A DNA stretch of 64,000 nucleotides, taken from Vulcanimicrobiota bacterium (GTDB lineage Bacteria; Vulcanimicrobiota; Vulcanimicrobiia; Vulcanimicrobiales; Vulcanimicrobiaceae). Position numbers and translations under genes: made by a program. Positions 10,067 through 20,642 of this stretch are shown here, piece by piece. Under the pieces are notes generated by a model. It saw only the letters and a program-made list of their open reading frames with translations. It was not told where the DNA came from and did no database searches. The DNA lies in the NCBI GenBank assembly GCA_963777315.1, contig CAVZQC010000004.1:544001-608000 (forward strand), given 5' to 3'. Every line of letters starts with the position of its first letter. Within the stretch, counting starts at the first letter, position 1.

Positions 10067-11456
10067 GGACTGCCGGTTGGGCGTTTCGCGGCACGTCGTA
10101 CAACGCAACGCTGCGAAGAAGCGCCATCATGATAAACGCCTCCCACAGATACTTGTACCACAACATATCGACGCTCATCGCTCCCACGAACAGTCCGATG
10201 CAGGCTGCTTCGAGCGCAATGCGCAGATCGTACAGACGGTGCGCGGGTCCTATCGGGCGAAGCATGAGCAGTTGCGAGCCCCATCCCCACAGCACGAGCA
10301 CGAGCCCTACCAGCCCGAATTCCACGCCCGATTGAAGCAAGAGGTTGTGTGCGGGACGCGCCCATTTCGCCGCGTATGCTTGAAAGATGTTCAGGTACTG
10401 AGCGTCGTACGCGGACTCGAAGTTTCCGATGCCGGCACCCACCAGCCAGTGGTGTTTAAACGCCGCAAAACCCACCGACCAAAGCGGGAACCTGCCGGCT
10501 CCCTGTGAGGTAAATGCCGTCCCGAACCGGTCCCAAATCGAGGTGTTCAGCAGCAGTCCGGCTGCAAGCGCTATGCCCACAATCGCGAACATTTGAGCGC
10601 GGTGCCTGCTTCGAATGAAAAAGTAGATAAAGATTGCGCCCAGACCGAGAAACGCTCCGCGCGACGAAGCAAAGAAGTACGCCGCTAAGAGGAGACCGAC
10701 GCAACCGAAATAGAGCGCTTTCTTCATCGACCTCGAGGTGCGCAAAGCTAAACCTATTGCAATCGCCGTCGGCAATGCCAGCGCGTTGGCAAAATGATTG
10801 GGATCGATGAAGTCGTCGCCGACCTGGATCATGAGCCGCTGGCCCGTTCCCATCAAATCGCTGGGAGGATTCAAATGGTAGTAGTAGGCGCCGTAAGCCG
10901 CGGCCAGCACGCCGCCCAAAAGCACCGCCTTGAGAATGCTCCCGAAGTCCGACGCCGAGACTTTAACGCTCGCCAAAATGAAGTACAGGCCGATGACCAT
11001 CGCATAGGTGGGATATTTGGACGCCGCCATATTCGGATCGATCGCCCAATAGATCGTTGCCGCCGCCCAAACCAGTAGTGCGAGCCAAATAACGGCTGCG
11101 CGCGGAGGCGATATGAATTGACGGGTTCTCAGCGCATGCAGGGCCACGGCAAGAGCCGATAAACCGCCGAGCAGTTTGGTTATCGTGCCGTAGCTTGATA
11201 CCGCCATCACGTTGTCGAACGGCAGCAGAAGCACGAACAAGCCAAACGGAAATATAATTGGCCGGGTAAAGAAAAAATACAGTCCGAGCGGACTGACGAC
11301 CAGTGCGACGGCGAGCACCAAACCGAGTTTCGTGCCTCCGACGCTCGCCATTGCCGCGAGTGCCGCCAGCAAAACCAGCGCTGTTCCGATGGCGGCCAAC
11401 AGGAATTGCTGCTGCTTGCCCGGCTCTTGCCAGCGCGCCGAAAGCGCGTTCAGCAT
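10053..11456 (-). CDS. O-antigen ligase/Wzy polymerase-family membrane protein
   Basis: Many hydrophobic helices; DPNHFA, SSRGA, GR..LW, GAGIGNF and AHN motifs. Confidence 0.85.
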   Translation of the reverse strand: MLNALSARWQEPGKQQQFLLAAIGTALVLLAALAAMASVGGTKLGLVLAVALVVSPLGLYFFFTRPIIFPFGLFVLLLPFDNVMAVSSYGTITKLLGGLSALAVALHALRTRQFISPPRAAVIWLALLVWAAATIYWAIDPNMAASKYPTYAMVIGLYFILASVKVSASDFGSILKAVLLGGVLAAAYGAYYYHLNPPSDLMGTGQRLMIQVGDDFIDPNHFANALALPTAIAIGLALRTSRSMKKALYFGCVGLLLAAYFFASSRGAFLGLGAIFIYFFIRSRHRAQMFAIVGIALAAGLLLNTSIWDRFGTAFTSQGAGRFPLWSVGFAAFKHHWLVGAGIGNFESAYDAQYLNIFQAYAAKWARPAHNLLLQSGVEFGLVGLVLVLWGWGSQLLMLRPIGPAHRLYDLRIALEAACIGLFVGAMSVDMLWYKYLWEAFIMMALLRSVALYDVPRNAQPAVRARA

Positions 11457-12538
11457 GCCGCCGCCTCAGGCATGCGTTGCGACGGGAACGAGCACAGCGC
11501 CGTTGCGATCAGCTGCGCGGCATTTCCGTGCCCGTACACCGGTCGGGGCGCCGATGAAGGCGCCGGACGCGACGCGGCAGCAGCGATGCGAACCGGGTCG
11601 GTGCCGGCGAGCACGTTCCAGCCGTCCTCGAGCGTTTCGACCCACTCAGTGTTTTCGCGCAGCGTAACGCAAGGTATGCCCAGCGCGTACGCTTCCTTCT
11701 GCATGCCGCCCGAATCCGTCAGCACGAGCGAAGCGTCGCGCAGCAGCGCAACCATGGTTTTGTACGAGAGCGGATCGACGAGACGCACGTTAGGGGCACT
11801 TTGCGGCGTGATGAACCGTTCGGCCAGCGGGCGCGTGCGCGGATGCGCGGGAAAAACGAGCGGCATTGGGATGCGGTGCAAAGCTGCGACAATGTCTTCG
11901 AATTGCGCGGCGTCGTCGGTATTGCTCGCGCGGTGCACGGTCATCACCCCGTAAGGGCCGCTTATGCCTGCATCCCGCAAGAGCTGCAGCGGTACGCCGG
12001 CATCGGCCGCGGTCGCAAGCAGCAAGTCGACCATCACGTCGCCCGTCACTTCGATCGAAGCGGTGCTGCCTTCCAGCCGCAATTGCTCCGCCGAGCCCTG
12101 CGTAGGGGCAAAACAGATCGCGGCTAAGCGATCGGTGACGATGCGATTGACTTCTTCGGGCATGGACATGTCGAACGAGCGCAGCCCGGCCTCGACGTGC
12201 GCGACCGGAATGGTGAGTTTGGCTGCGACCAGCGCTCCGGCCAGCGTGCTGTTGGTATCGCCGTAGACCAGCACGAGATCGGGCCGCTGCTCTTGCATCA
12301 CCGGTTCCAGGCGCTTCATCATTTCTGCAGTCTGCCAGGCGTGCGATCCGGACCCGACTTCCAGGAAGACGTCGGGTTTGGCCAAGCCGAGCTCGTCGAA
12401 AAAGACCTGCGACATGCCGTAATCGTAGTGCTGGCCCGTATGAACCAGAACCTCACGGCAGCGCCCGGCCAGCGCGCGGCTGACGACGGCGGCCTTGATG
12501 AACTGCGGGCGCGCGCCGATTACCGTGAGCAGCTTCAC
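11450..12538 (-). CDS. wecB: UDP-N-acetylglucosamine 2-epimerase, non-hydrolysing (WecB/WbpI-like)
   Basis: GARPQFIK, HTGQHYD, YGDTNST, HVEAGLRS, PEEVNR, TDSGGMQKEA; GTG at 12538 overlaps the upstream stop (GTGA). Confidence 0.92.
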   Translation of the reverse strand: MKLLTVIGARPQFIKAAVVSRALAGRCREVLVHTGQHYDYGMSQVFFDELGLAKPDVFLEVGSGSHAWQTAEMMKRLEPVMQEQRPDLVLVYGDTNSTLAGALVAAKLTIPVAHVEAGLRSFDMSMPEEVNRIVTDRLAAICFAPTQGSAEQLRLEGSTASIEVTGDVMVDLLLATAADAGVPLQLLRDAGISGPYGVMTVHRASNTDDAAQFEDIVAALHRIPMPLVFPAHPRTRPLAERFITPQSAPNVRLVDPLSYKTMVALLRDASLVLTDSGGMQKEAYALGIPCVTLRENTEWVETLEDGWNVLAGTDPVRIAAAASRPAPSSAPRPVYGHGNAAQLIATALCSFPSQRMPEAAAC

Positions 12539-13653
12539 GCCGGAACCATCAACTCCGCGCGCAATGCCTGTGCAACCGCAGATTGCTCCTCGGGCGCGAT
12601 TTCGGGGAACATCGGCAGCGAGAGCACCTCTTGTGCGGCGCGTTCGGAATGGGGGAAATCTCCTGCGCGGTAGCCCAAATCGGCATGAACCGCTTGCACG
12701 TGCAGCGGAACGGGATAGTAGATCATCGTCTGCACGCCGCGCCGCCCGAGCGCAGCCTGGACGTCGTCGCGATTGTTCACCCTGACGGTGTACTGATGAT
12801 AGACGCAGTACGAGCCGGCCGGCTCGGACGGCAAATGCACGCCCTGAACGTCGCCGAGCAACTCCGCGTACCGCGCGGCAACGTTGCGCCGAGCTTGCGT
12901 CCAGCGCGCCAGATGCGGCAACTTCACGCGTAGAATCGCAGCTTGCACTTCGTCCAGCCGGCTGTTGACGCCCAGACACTCGTGGTGGTATTTGATGCGC
13001 CCGCCGTGCACGCGCAGCATGCGCGCTTTTTCTGCCAGCGCGTCGTCACCGGTGACGATCATGCCGCCGTCGCCGTACGCCCCCAAGTTTTTCGACGGAA
13101 AGAAACTGAACGCGCCGAAATCTCCGAACGTGCCGACGTCGCGGCCGGCGATCCTCGCTCCGATCGCTTGCGCGCAATCCTCCACGACCGCTACGCCGTG
13201 GCGGCGCGCGATCTCCATGATCTCGGGCATGGGAGCAGGACATCCGTACAAATGAATCGGCAGAATGGCGCGCGTTCGCGGAGTGATGGCGGCTTCTACT
13301 GCTGCCGGGCTGATGTTGTACGTCTGCGGATCGATGTCTGCAAAGACCGGACGCGCGCCCACGATGCCGATTGCTTCGGTCGTGGCCACGAACGTAAACG
13401 GCGCGGTGATGACTTCATCGCCCGGCCCCACGCCCAGGGCCCGCAGCGCCAAATGCAGCGCATCGGTGCCCGAGTTGAGCGCGACGGTGTGCTTGACGTT
13501 CAAATACGAGGCCAATTCCGACTCCAGTGCCTTGACGTTGGGGCCCATGATGAAATGGCCGCCTTCGAAGACCGCAAGCACCGCCGCATCGATCTCGTCC
13601 TTGAGTTCGTGGTACTGCCGCCGCAGATCCAAAATCGGGATGGTGGGATTCAT
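12535..13653 (-). CDS. DegT-family aminotransferase (WbpE/WlbC-like)
   Basis: NSGTDAL, EDCAQAIG, SFFPSKNLGAYGDGG, NSRLDEVQAA. Confidence 0.92.
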   Translation of the reverse strand: MNPTIPILDLRRQYHELKDEIDAAVLAVFEGGHFIMGPNVKALESELASYLNVKHTVALNSGTDALHLALRALGVGPGDEVITAPFTFVATTEAIGIVGARPVFADIDPQTYNISPAAVEAAITPRTRAILPIHLYGCPAPMPEIMEIARRHGVAVVEDCAQAIGARIAGRDVGTFGDFGAFSFFPSKNLGAYGDGGMIVTGDDALAEKARMLRVHGGRIKYHHECLGVNSRLDEVQAAILRVKLPHLARWTQARRNVAARYAELLGDVQGVHLPSEPAGSYCVYHQYTVRVNNRDDVQAALGRRGVQTMIYYPVPLHVQAVHADLGYRAGDFPHSERAAQEVLSLPMFPEIAPEEQSAVAQALRAELMVPA

Positions 13654-14250
13654 GCCGTCCTCCGCACCGAGGAGCCGTCCTTACGGTACCGTTTGCCGCA
13701 TTCGGCACATTGCGCGCTGTCGCCGTCGAAAGCTGAGCTTCACGCCGCATTCGCACGCGTACCCCGCAACGCGAGCGGGTGAACCGTAGGCAAGGGCGTA
13801 CGGCGGAATATCTTTGGTAACGACGGCGCCGGCGCCGATGAACGCGTACTCTCCAATCGTATTGCCGCAAACGATCGTCGCGTTGGCGCCGATCGACGCG
13901 CCTTTCTTGACCAGTGTCTTCGCGTAGTCCGCCGACGTATTGCGTGGATGGCCCGAGCGCGGCGTGGTGACGTTGGTAAAGACCATGCTTGGACCGCAGA
14001 ACACTTCGTCCTCGAGCACGACGCCCTCGTAGATCGAGACGTTGTTCTGGATTTTCACGCCGTTGCCGATGCGCACGTTCGGCGCGACGACCACGTTCTG
14101 GCCCAGGGAGCAGCGTTCTCCGATCTCGGCGCCCGCCATGACGTGGCTGAAGTGCCAAATCTTCGTGCCGGCTCCGATCGTGCACGGCTCGTCGACATAG
14201 GCGGACTCGTGGATGAAGTATTCTGTGCGCTCTCGGACTGAGTTGTTCAT
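13650..14250 (-). CDS. Hexapeptide N-acetyltransferase (WbpD/WlbB-like); C-terminal tail frameshifted at 13729-13731
   Basis: IGAGTKIWHFSH, KIQNNVSIYEGV, CGPSMVFTNV. Removing one base restores CECG..FDGDSAQCAECGKRY and a TGA overlapping the next ATG (ATGA). Confidence 0.9.
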
Positions 14251-14263
14251 GAAGCTTCCTTAA

Positions 14264-15628
14264 TTACAATAAGATGACGTGATCGCGTGGGCCTTTGACG
14301 GATCTCGTGGCGTTGCGCGTGTCGACGAGCAGGCGCGAATGGCGAGTGACGAACTCCCAGTCGATCACCGAATGGTCGGTTAAAATCAGCACCGCGTCGG
14401 CGGCGTTCAGCGCTTCGGCCGTCATGGGGGTCGAGTGCCGCAGCTTGCCGTGCAGATCCTGAAAGCGGGAGACCAACGGATCGTGGTAGTCCACGATCGC
14501 ACCGGCTGCATCGAACAAATCCATGATGCGCAGCACGGGCGATTCGCGCCAGTCCTCGACGTCCTTTTTATAGGCCGCCCCGATGATGAGTATCTTCGCG
14601 TCGCGCAGTGCCAGGCCTGCGCAATTAAGCGCACGCATGACTTTATCGCGCACGAAATACGGCATCGCGTCGTTTATCTCGCCGGCGAGCTCGATGAACC
14701 GCACGTGAAAGTCGTACTGGCGCACCTTCCACGACAAATAGTACGGGTCGAGTGGAATGCAGTGGCCGCCCACGCCGGGACCGGGCTCGAAGCGCATGAT
14801 GCCGAAGGGCTTGGTCGCGGCGGCATCGATGACTTCCCACATGTTGATATTCAACTTGTCGCAGAGCAGCGTCATCTCGTTGACGAGCGCGATATTGACT
14901 GCTCTGAACGTGTTTTCGAAAACCTTCGTCATTTCGGCCAGCCGCGGCGTATCGACTTCAACGACTTGCACGATCGTCTGATCGTAAAAGACCTTTGCCG
15001 CCGAGCGGCAGCGCGGCGTGACGCCGCCTACGACCTTACTGGTGTTTCGCGTCGTATACCGCTTGTTGCCGGGATCGACGCGCTCGGGTGAAAAGGCGAG
15101 GAAATAGTCGGTTCCGACGACCAGGCCCTTCTGCGCGAGGATGGCCAACAGCACTTCTTCGGTCGTTCCAGGGTACGTCGTGCTTTCCAAGCAGATCAGT
15201 TGGCCCGGTCGAAGCACTTGGGCGATTTGCGCCGCCACGCGCGCGATGTGCGAAATGTCCGGTTCTTTGTTGGGGCTAAGCGGCGTTGGAACGCAGATGG
15301 CGATAACGTCGCATTCCGCCAGCCGGTCGAAATCGTTGGTCGCCTGCAGGATGCCTGAGCCCACGCAACGCGCGAGATCGGCGTCGGCGACGTCGCGAAT
15401 GTAATTGAACCCGTGATTGACCTGATCGACGCGAATCACGTTGCGATCGAATCCCAGTACCGGAAATCCAACCTTCGCCTTCTCTACCGCCAGCGGCAAG
15501 CCGACGTAGCCGATGCCGACGACTCCGACGACTGCGGAATGGTCTTTGAGCGATCGCACCAGCTTGCCGAACGCATCGTCGGCGAATGCTTGAGCGATTT
15601 CGGGAAGCGCGGTCGAGGCGATATTCAT
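14264..15628 (-). CDS. Nucleotide-sugar 6-dehydrogenase (WbpA/WbpO-like), copy 2
   Basis: GIGYVGLP, CVPTP, ESTTYPGTT, SPERVDPGN, GPGVGGHCIP, YKKD..D.RESP. Confidence 0.93.
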   Translation of the reverse strand: MNIASTALPEIAQAFADDAFGKLVRSLKDHSAVVGVVGIGYVGLPLAVEKAKVGFPVLGFDRNVIRVDQVNHGFNYIRDVADADLARCVGSGILQATNDFDRLAECDVIAICVPTPLSPNKEPDISHIARVAAQIAQVLRPGQLICLESTTYPGTTEEVLLAILAQKGLVVGTDYFLAFSPERVDPGNKRYTTRNTSKVVGGVTPRCRSAAKVFYDQTIVQVVEVDTPRLAEMTKVFENTFRAVNIALVNEMTLLCDKLNINMWEVIDAAATKPFGIMRFEPGPGVGGHCIPLDPYYLSWKVRQYDFHVRFIELAGEINDAMPYFVRDKVMRALNCAGLALRDAKILIIGAAYKKDVEDWRESPVLRIMDLFDAAGAIVDYHDPLVSRFQDLHGKLRHSTPMTAEALNAADAVLILTDHSVIDWEFVTRHSRLLVDTRNATRSVKGPRDHVILL

Positions 15629-17247
15629 AGCGCGGCGGCCTTCTGCGGCGCGGTGACGTTGACGTCGGCGGTCGCAGGAACGTCGATGGTGCCTTGTAAC
15701 TGCCGCTCGCCGATTTCGCGAACTCGGACGCGCTCCTTGGAAGCAAAACCGGGAATGAGCGAATCGACCACGCCGATCACGGATGCCGCGCTGTCCGATT
15801 TGATGGCCGCGCGCAGTTCGCGTATGCGGTCGTGCACCAGATCGTAGTCGACGCGTTCTTGCCGGGCGATCAGCACGCCCGAACGATTCGTCCTCGACAT
15901 GCCCTCCTGGGTCGTGAGCAACTGCTCGTGGAGCTTCTCTCCCGGGCGCACGCCGGTGTAGGTGATATTGATGTCTTGATACGGAACCAGCCCCAACAGG
16001 CGCACGAAGGCTTCGGCGAGCTTCGTAATCGAAATCGGTTCGCCCATTTCGAGCACTACGACTTCTCCGTCGCGGCCCATGCTGGTTGCCTCCAGCACCA
16101 GCGAAACGGCCTCGGGAATGCTCATGAAGTACCGGCGCATGTCGCGGTGCGTGATCGTCAGCGGGCCGCCGGTATCGATTTGCTGTTTGAAGACCGACAG
16201 CACGCTGCCGCGGCTTCCCAGCACGTTGCCGAAGCGCACCGACACGAACTCCGTCGACGTGCGGTTGGCAAAAGACTGGCAGATCAGTTCCGCGATGCGC
16301 TTGGTGGCTCCCATTACGCTGCTTGGCTCGACGGCCTTATCGGTGGACAACAGCACGAATTTCGAGCAGCCGAAGGCTGCGGCCGCCAGCGCGACGACGT
16401 GAGTTCCTAGGATATTATTGCGAGCCGCCTCACAGATATTGTTTTCGAGAATCGGAACGTGCTTGTGCGCGGCGGCATGGAAGACCAGGTACGGACGATA
16501 GCGCGAGAAGACGCTGCGGATGCGGTCGTAGTCGGCGACGTCGGCCAAGATGAGCTGCGTGCGCGAGAAGTGCATCTGTATTCGCAACTCTTCTTGAATG
16601 GCGAACAAACTGTTCTCTCCGTGTCCGAGCAGCAGCAGCAACTTGGGATTAAAACCGGCGAGTTGGCGGCAGATTTCGGAACCGATGGAACCGCCTGCGC
16701 CCGTTACCAGTATGACTTGGTTTTCGATGAACCGGCCGACCTGCGACAGATCGACGGGTATAGCGTGGCGCTGAAGCAGATCTTCCAGGCCCAAGTCGCA
16801 GATGAGCGGCAAATTGACGTCATTCGAAACCAGCGCCGGCGTGCTGTGCAACGTCTTGAGAATCGGTTTGTTCGACGCTTTGGAGACGCACGCCTGAACC
16901 TTCATCGCCGTTTCCGCCGAAGCGCGATCGATCATCACGCATTGAATGCGGCGCGAGTGAATGATCTCGTTTAGCCGGTCGAGCGGTCCGAGCACGGGGA
17001 CCGAGCCGCTGGTATCGTCGATTTTTTCCGAAACGCGCCCGACGATCGCATAGCCGAAGCTCGTGTTCGCGCGAAAAAACCGGCGCAGTATCTCGCACGA
17101 GCGCGCGGGCCCGATGACGATCGTGCGCAGGGTCTGCGGTGCGCGTGTGGGTTTGCGGCGAGGCGTACGGGCCAGCAGCAGCGCGGCAATCAGGACGATT
17201 GCGGCAAAAGCCAGGATCAGCAGCGGCGTCGCTAGTTCTGCGTTCAC
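15625..17247 (-). CDS. UDP-sugar 4,6-dehydratase, CapD/WbpM/PglF family
   Basis: TGAGGSIGSE, HAAAHKHVP, STDKAV, MGATKR, RFGNVLGSRGSV, RPGEKLHE; a single N-terminal TM helix. Confidence 0.92.
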   Translation of the reverse strand: MNAELATPLLILAFAAIVLIAALLLARTPRRKPTRAPQTLRTIVIGPARSCEILRRFFRANTSFGYAIVGRVSEKIDDTSGSVPVLGPLDRLNEIIHSRRIQCVMIDRASAETAMKVQACVSKASNKPILKTLHSTPALVSNDVNLPLICDLGLEDLLQRHAIPVDLSQVGRFIENQVILVTGAGGSIGSEICRQLAGFNPKLLLLLGHGENSLFAIQEELRIQMHFSRTQLILADVADYDRIRSVFSRYRPYLVFHAAAHKHVPILENNICEAARNNILGTHVVALAAAAFGCSKFVLLSTDKAVEPSSVMGATKRIAELICQSFANRTSTEFVSVRFGNVLGSRGSVLSVFKQQIDTGGPLTITHRDMRRYFMSIPEAVSLVLEATSMGRDGEVVVLEMGEPISITKLAEAFVRLLGLVPYQDINITYTGVRPGEKLHEQLLTTQEGMSRTNRSGVLIARQERVDYDLVHDRIRELRAAIKSDSAASVIGVVDSLIPGFASKERVRVREIGERQLQGTIDVPATADVNVTAPQKAAAL

Positions 17248-17386
17248 AATATTCCGTCGCGGGCAAGGAGATGGTAGGAAAACTGTACTCCAGGAGCGCG
17301 CCGGCGGCCAAGTCCGGTCCTGCCCGGAAAATTTGGGAACCTGGACTTATCGCCCGGTGCCGGTCGGCCCCTTAGAAGACTGCGCA

Positions 17387-18274
17387 TTAGGCTTTTTTGG
17401 AAACCGAGCGCAGATGCGATGCGCGAATTGCGCTGCCCAGCACTTTGTCGATGGCGAAGACGTCACGCCGCCCGTCGATGATGCTGTGCCTGCCCGTGCT
17501 GTTGAGCGTATGCATGCCCAAGGCATAGGGCTCGGCTGCCGCTGCCGTCGCTACGGGCTGCTCGTGGAAATCTTTGGTCGTCAGCTCGTCGATACGGTTG
17601 ATGGTAACCGCTTGACCGTATGCCGACGTGCAGTCTTGAGCCGGCCGGTACATGACGCCATTGTGTTCGAAGGGCCGGCCGGCGGGGCGTGCGGACCGTC
17701 TATCGGTTCGCAGGGGATTGCGCGGATGGGCAGTCCACGGGCCGACCGGCGCTTGCGCGTGCCACAAGGAAATCGTCTCGTTTTCGTGCGGACGCAGGGT
17801 GCCCAGCATCCACCATGTGCCGCCCGAAGCAAATATCGTCGGATCGACGATGGGCTCGTCGAGTATTCGTGCAACGTGCTCCCAGCGGCTGGGAAAATCG
17901 GTCATGCGGTAAATGTCGGCGCCACCGGATTCACGCGATTCCGGTACGCAAAAGATGCCGCGGTTCCATTCGAAGACGCATGGATACGACAGGTGGTACG
18001 GCGTTTCGATGGCCGGACCGCAGTCGATCACTTTGTCGCCGGCGATCTCGAGCGCGGCGATGTGCGCTTTACCTTTCATATATTCAAACCGCTCGCACAG
18101 AACGGCAGTGCGCTGCCCGTACTCGAACACGAACGGATCGGCGAGAAACGTGCCGTACCTGGGCGGATCGAACCACCGGATCGACGGGACGAAATCCGTC
18201 TGCAAGAACGACGCTGCAGTGCCGTTGACCACCAGCCCGAGATTCCACTCGACCCGGTTGAACAGCCGTTTCAC
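17387..18274 (-). CDS. Beta-propeller protein resembling the GH43-like N-terminal domain of glucosamine-inositolphosphorylceramide transferase
   Basis: FLADPF, HLSYP, PES, VDPT, HPRNP, RPAG, YRPAQDC..YG and HT motifs; GTG just after the upstream stop. Confidence 0.75.
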   Translation of the reverse strand: MKRLFNRVEWNLGLVVNGTAASFLQTDFVPSIRWFDPPRYGTFLADPFVFEYGQRTAVLCERFEYMKGKAHIAALEIAGDKVIDCGPAIETPYHLSYPCVFEWNRGIFCVPESRESGGADIYRMTDFPSRWEHVARILDEPIVDPTIFASGGTWWMLGTLRPHENETISLWHAQAPVGPWTAHPRNPLRTDRRSARPAGRPFEHNGVMYRPAQDCTSAYGQAVTINRIDELTTKDFHEQPVATAAAAEPYALGMHTLNSTGRHSIIDGRRDVFAIDKVLGSAIRASHLRSVSKKA

Positions 18275-18276
18275 CG

Positions 18277-19287
18277 TCAGCTCGAATATGGCGCGGCTAC
18301 CGGCGGGGTCAAATCGTGCAAGTTGTACTGCGCCGCGTCGTCGGCCAAAGCCAGCGCCCGCACGACCTCGACCCCTTCGCGAACGTCCGTGGGGGGAATC
18401 TTCTGCGTTTGAATCGCGTGCAGGAAAGCCAGCATCTCGGCTTTGAGCGGTTCGGCCTTTTCGAACGGAATGCTGATCGGGGCCTCGCTCCACGTCTGAG
18501 CGACGTTGTCGTTCAGCCGTGCGCCGCAAGGCGTGAGTGTGAGCTGGCCGCCGGACCGTGAATCTTCGAAACTCAAAATGCCTTCCGTACCGAACACGTC
18601 GACTCGCGACGATTTGTTCGCGTCCAGCCATCCGACCTCGATGTGCGCGGAACGTCCGCTGCCGAACAAGTAATCGACGTAAGCGAAATCCGACACGCCG
18701 GGAACCACGTGCCCGTGGTGCTGCGCGCGTGCCGCAATGGGGAACTCATCGAAGATCGCCAGCATCAGCGCCACGTCGTGCGGAGCGAAGCTCCACCACA
18801 CGTTTTCCTGCGTGCGCACTCGGCCCAAGCTGAGCCGGCGGGAACGCACGTGCAGCAATTTGCCGATGCGCCCGTCCCGCAGTGCGCTCAGCAGCGCGGT
18901 GATGCCCGGATGGTACAGCAGCAGATGACCGACGAAGACCAAGCGCTGAAACGAACGGGCAAGCCGGGCGATTTCGACCGCGTCGTCGACGGTCATCGCG
19001 AGCGGCTTTTCCACGAAGACCTGTTTGCCGTGGCAGATCGCGGCCAGCGCGAGCTTTGCATGCGTGTCCGCCGGAGATGCAATAACGACCGCGTCGACGT
19101 CGCTCTGCAGCAGCATGTCCGGATCCCTGAACACCATGACGTCCTTGTACGTGGCCGTCACGCTTCTCAAGCGCTCGGTGTCGGCGTCGCAAACCGCGGC
19201 CAGTACGCCCAGTTCGGCGCAAACCCGCACGAGTTTTTCGCCCCAGTAACCGGCGCCGATAACGCCGATGCGCGGTCCGTTTTTCAT
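18277..19287 (-). CDS. Gfo/Idh/MocA oxidoreductase (WbpB/WlbA-like 3-dehydrogenase)
   Basis: GAGYWG, VFVEKP, VGHLLLYHP, WSFAPHD. Confidence 0.88.
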   Translation of the reverse strand: MKNGPRIGVIGAGYWGEKLVRVCAELGVLAAVCDADTERLRSVTATYKDVMVFRDPDMLLQSDVDAVVIASPADTHAKLALAAICHGKQVFVEKPLAMTVDDAVEIARLARSFQRLVFVGHLLLYHPGITALLSALRDGRIGKLLHVRSRRLSLGRVRTQENVWWSFAPHDVALMLAIFDEFPIAARAQHHGHVVPGVSDFAYVDYLFGSGRSAHIEVGWLDANKSSRVDVFGTEGILSFEDSRSGGQLTLTPCGARLNDNVAQTWSEAPISIPFEKAEPLKAEMLAFLHAIQTQKIPPTDVREGVEVVRALALADDAAQYNLHDLTPPVAAPYSS

Positions 19288-20642
19288 AACAGCGTTACGG
19301 TATCGGGGCGGTCCTCCACCCCGCGAGTCGCGTTGCGCGTGTCGATGACGCGCGCGGCATGCCGGGCGACCAGCGCATAGTCGACCGTGGAGTGGTCGGT
19401 CAGGATCACGACGCAGTCGGCTTTGGCCAGCGTCGCTTCATCGAGCGCCACGGAACTCCGCGCTCTGCCGTTGTCGTCGGTAAATGCGGGAACGAAGGGA
19501 TCGTGATAGTCGACGAAGGCGCCTTCGTCCTCGAGCAGTTCGATCGTCCGAATCGACGGGGATTCGCGCCAGTCTTCGATGTCCTTTTTATACGCCACGC
19601 CCAGCGCTAGAATTCGCGCGTCTTTGAGCGGACGTCCCACCTCGTTGAGCAGCCGTGCAACTTTTTCGCGCACGAAATACGGCATGCGCCGGTTGATTTC
19701 GCCGGCAAGCTCGATGAAGCGAACGTGAAAGTCGAATTCACGCGCCTTCCACGCCAAATAAAAGGGATCCAGCGGTATGCAGTGGCCGCCTACACCCGGA
19801 CCGGGATCGAAGCGCATCATCCCGAACGGCTTGGTGGCCGCTGCATCGATGACGTCCCAAATACTGATGCCGAGGCGATCGCACAGTAGCGCCATCTCGT
19901 TCACGAGTGCAATGTTGACGGCGCGAAACGTGTTCTCGAAAACCTTGGTCATCTCGGCGACGCGCGGCGAAGACACTTGCACGACGTTGAGAATGGTCTG
20001 CGAATAGAACGCCGTGCCGACTTCCAAACATACGGGGGTCACTCCGCCCACGACCTTGTTCGTGTTTTTGGTCGAATAGCGCTTGTTTCCGGGATCGACG
20101 CGCTCGGGCGAGAAGCACAAAAAGAAATCGCGTCCGACCACGAGGCCGGTTTGCGCGAAGAGCGGCAGCAAAATTTCTTCCGTCGTTCCCGGATACGTCG
20201 TGCTTTCCAAACAGATCAACTGGCCCGGCCGCAACGCTTCGGCGACTTCCGCGCCGACGTTGCGGATGTACGATACGTCCGGATCCAGGTTTTTGGTCAG
20301 CGGCGTAGGCACGCAGATCACGATGACGTCGCAGCGGGACAGCGTAGAGAAGTCGGTCGTGCCGGAGAGCTGCTTTTTCTCCACTACGGAAGCCAGCTCG
20401 GCGTCGGACACGTCGCGGATGTAGTTGCGCCCTTCATTGACTTGGGCGATGCGGTTCTCGCTGCGATCGTAGGCGACGACTTTGAAACCGACCTTTGCCT
20501 TTTCGACCGCCAGAGGCAGCCCGACATAGCCGACGCCGGCGACGCCCACCGTGGCGGTGCGCCGCTCGATGAGATCTTTTAGAGCGCGGGCGTGATCGGC
20601 GGTTGCGACGCTGTCGCCGTAATTGGCGGTACTGATGGGCAC
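19284..20642 (-). CDS. Nucleotide-sugar 6-dehydrogenase (WbpA/WbpO-like), copy 1; first gene of the minus-strand operon
   Basis: Same motif set as 14264-15628; GAGG SD before GTG. Confidence 0.93.
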   Translation of the reverse strand: MPISTANYGDSVATADHARALKDLIERRTATVGVAGVGYVGLPLAVEKAKVGFKVVAYDRSENRIAQVNEGRNYIRDVSDAELASVVEKKQLSGTTDFSTLSRCDVIVICVPTPLTKNLDPDVSYIRNVGAEVAEALRPGQLICLESTTYPGTTEEILLPLFAQTGLVVGRDFFLCFSPERVDPGNKRYSTKNTNKVVGGVTPVCLEVGTAFYSQTILNVVQVSSPRVAEMTKVFENTFRAVNIALVNEMALLCDRLGISIWDVIDAAATKPFGMMRFDPGPGVGGHCIPLDPFYLAWKAREFDFHVRFIELAGEINRRMPYFVREKVARLLNEVGRPLKDARILALGVAYKKDIEDWRESPSIRTIELLEDEGAFVDYHDPFVPAFTDDNGRARSSVALDEATLAKADCVVILTDHSTVDYALVARHAARVIDTRNATRGVEDRPDTVTLL

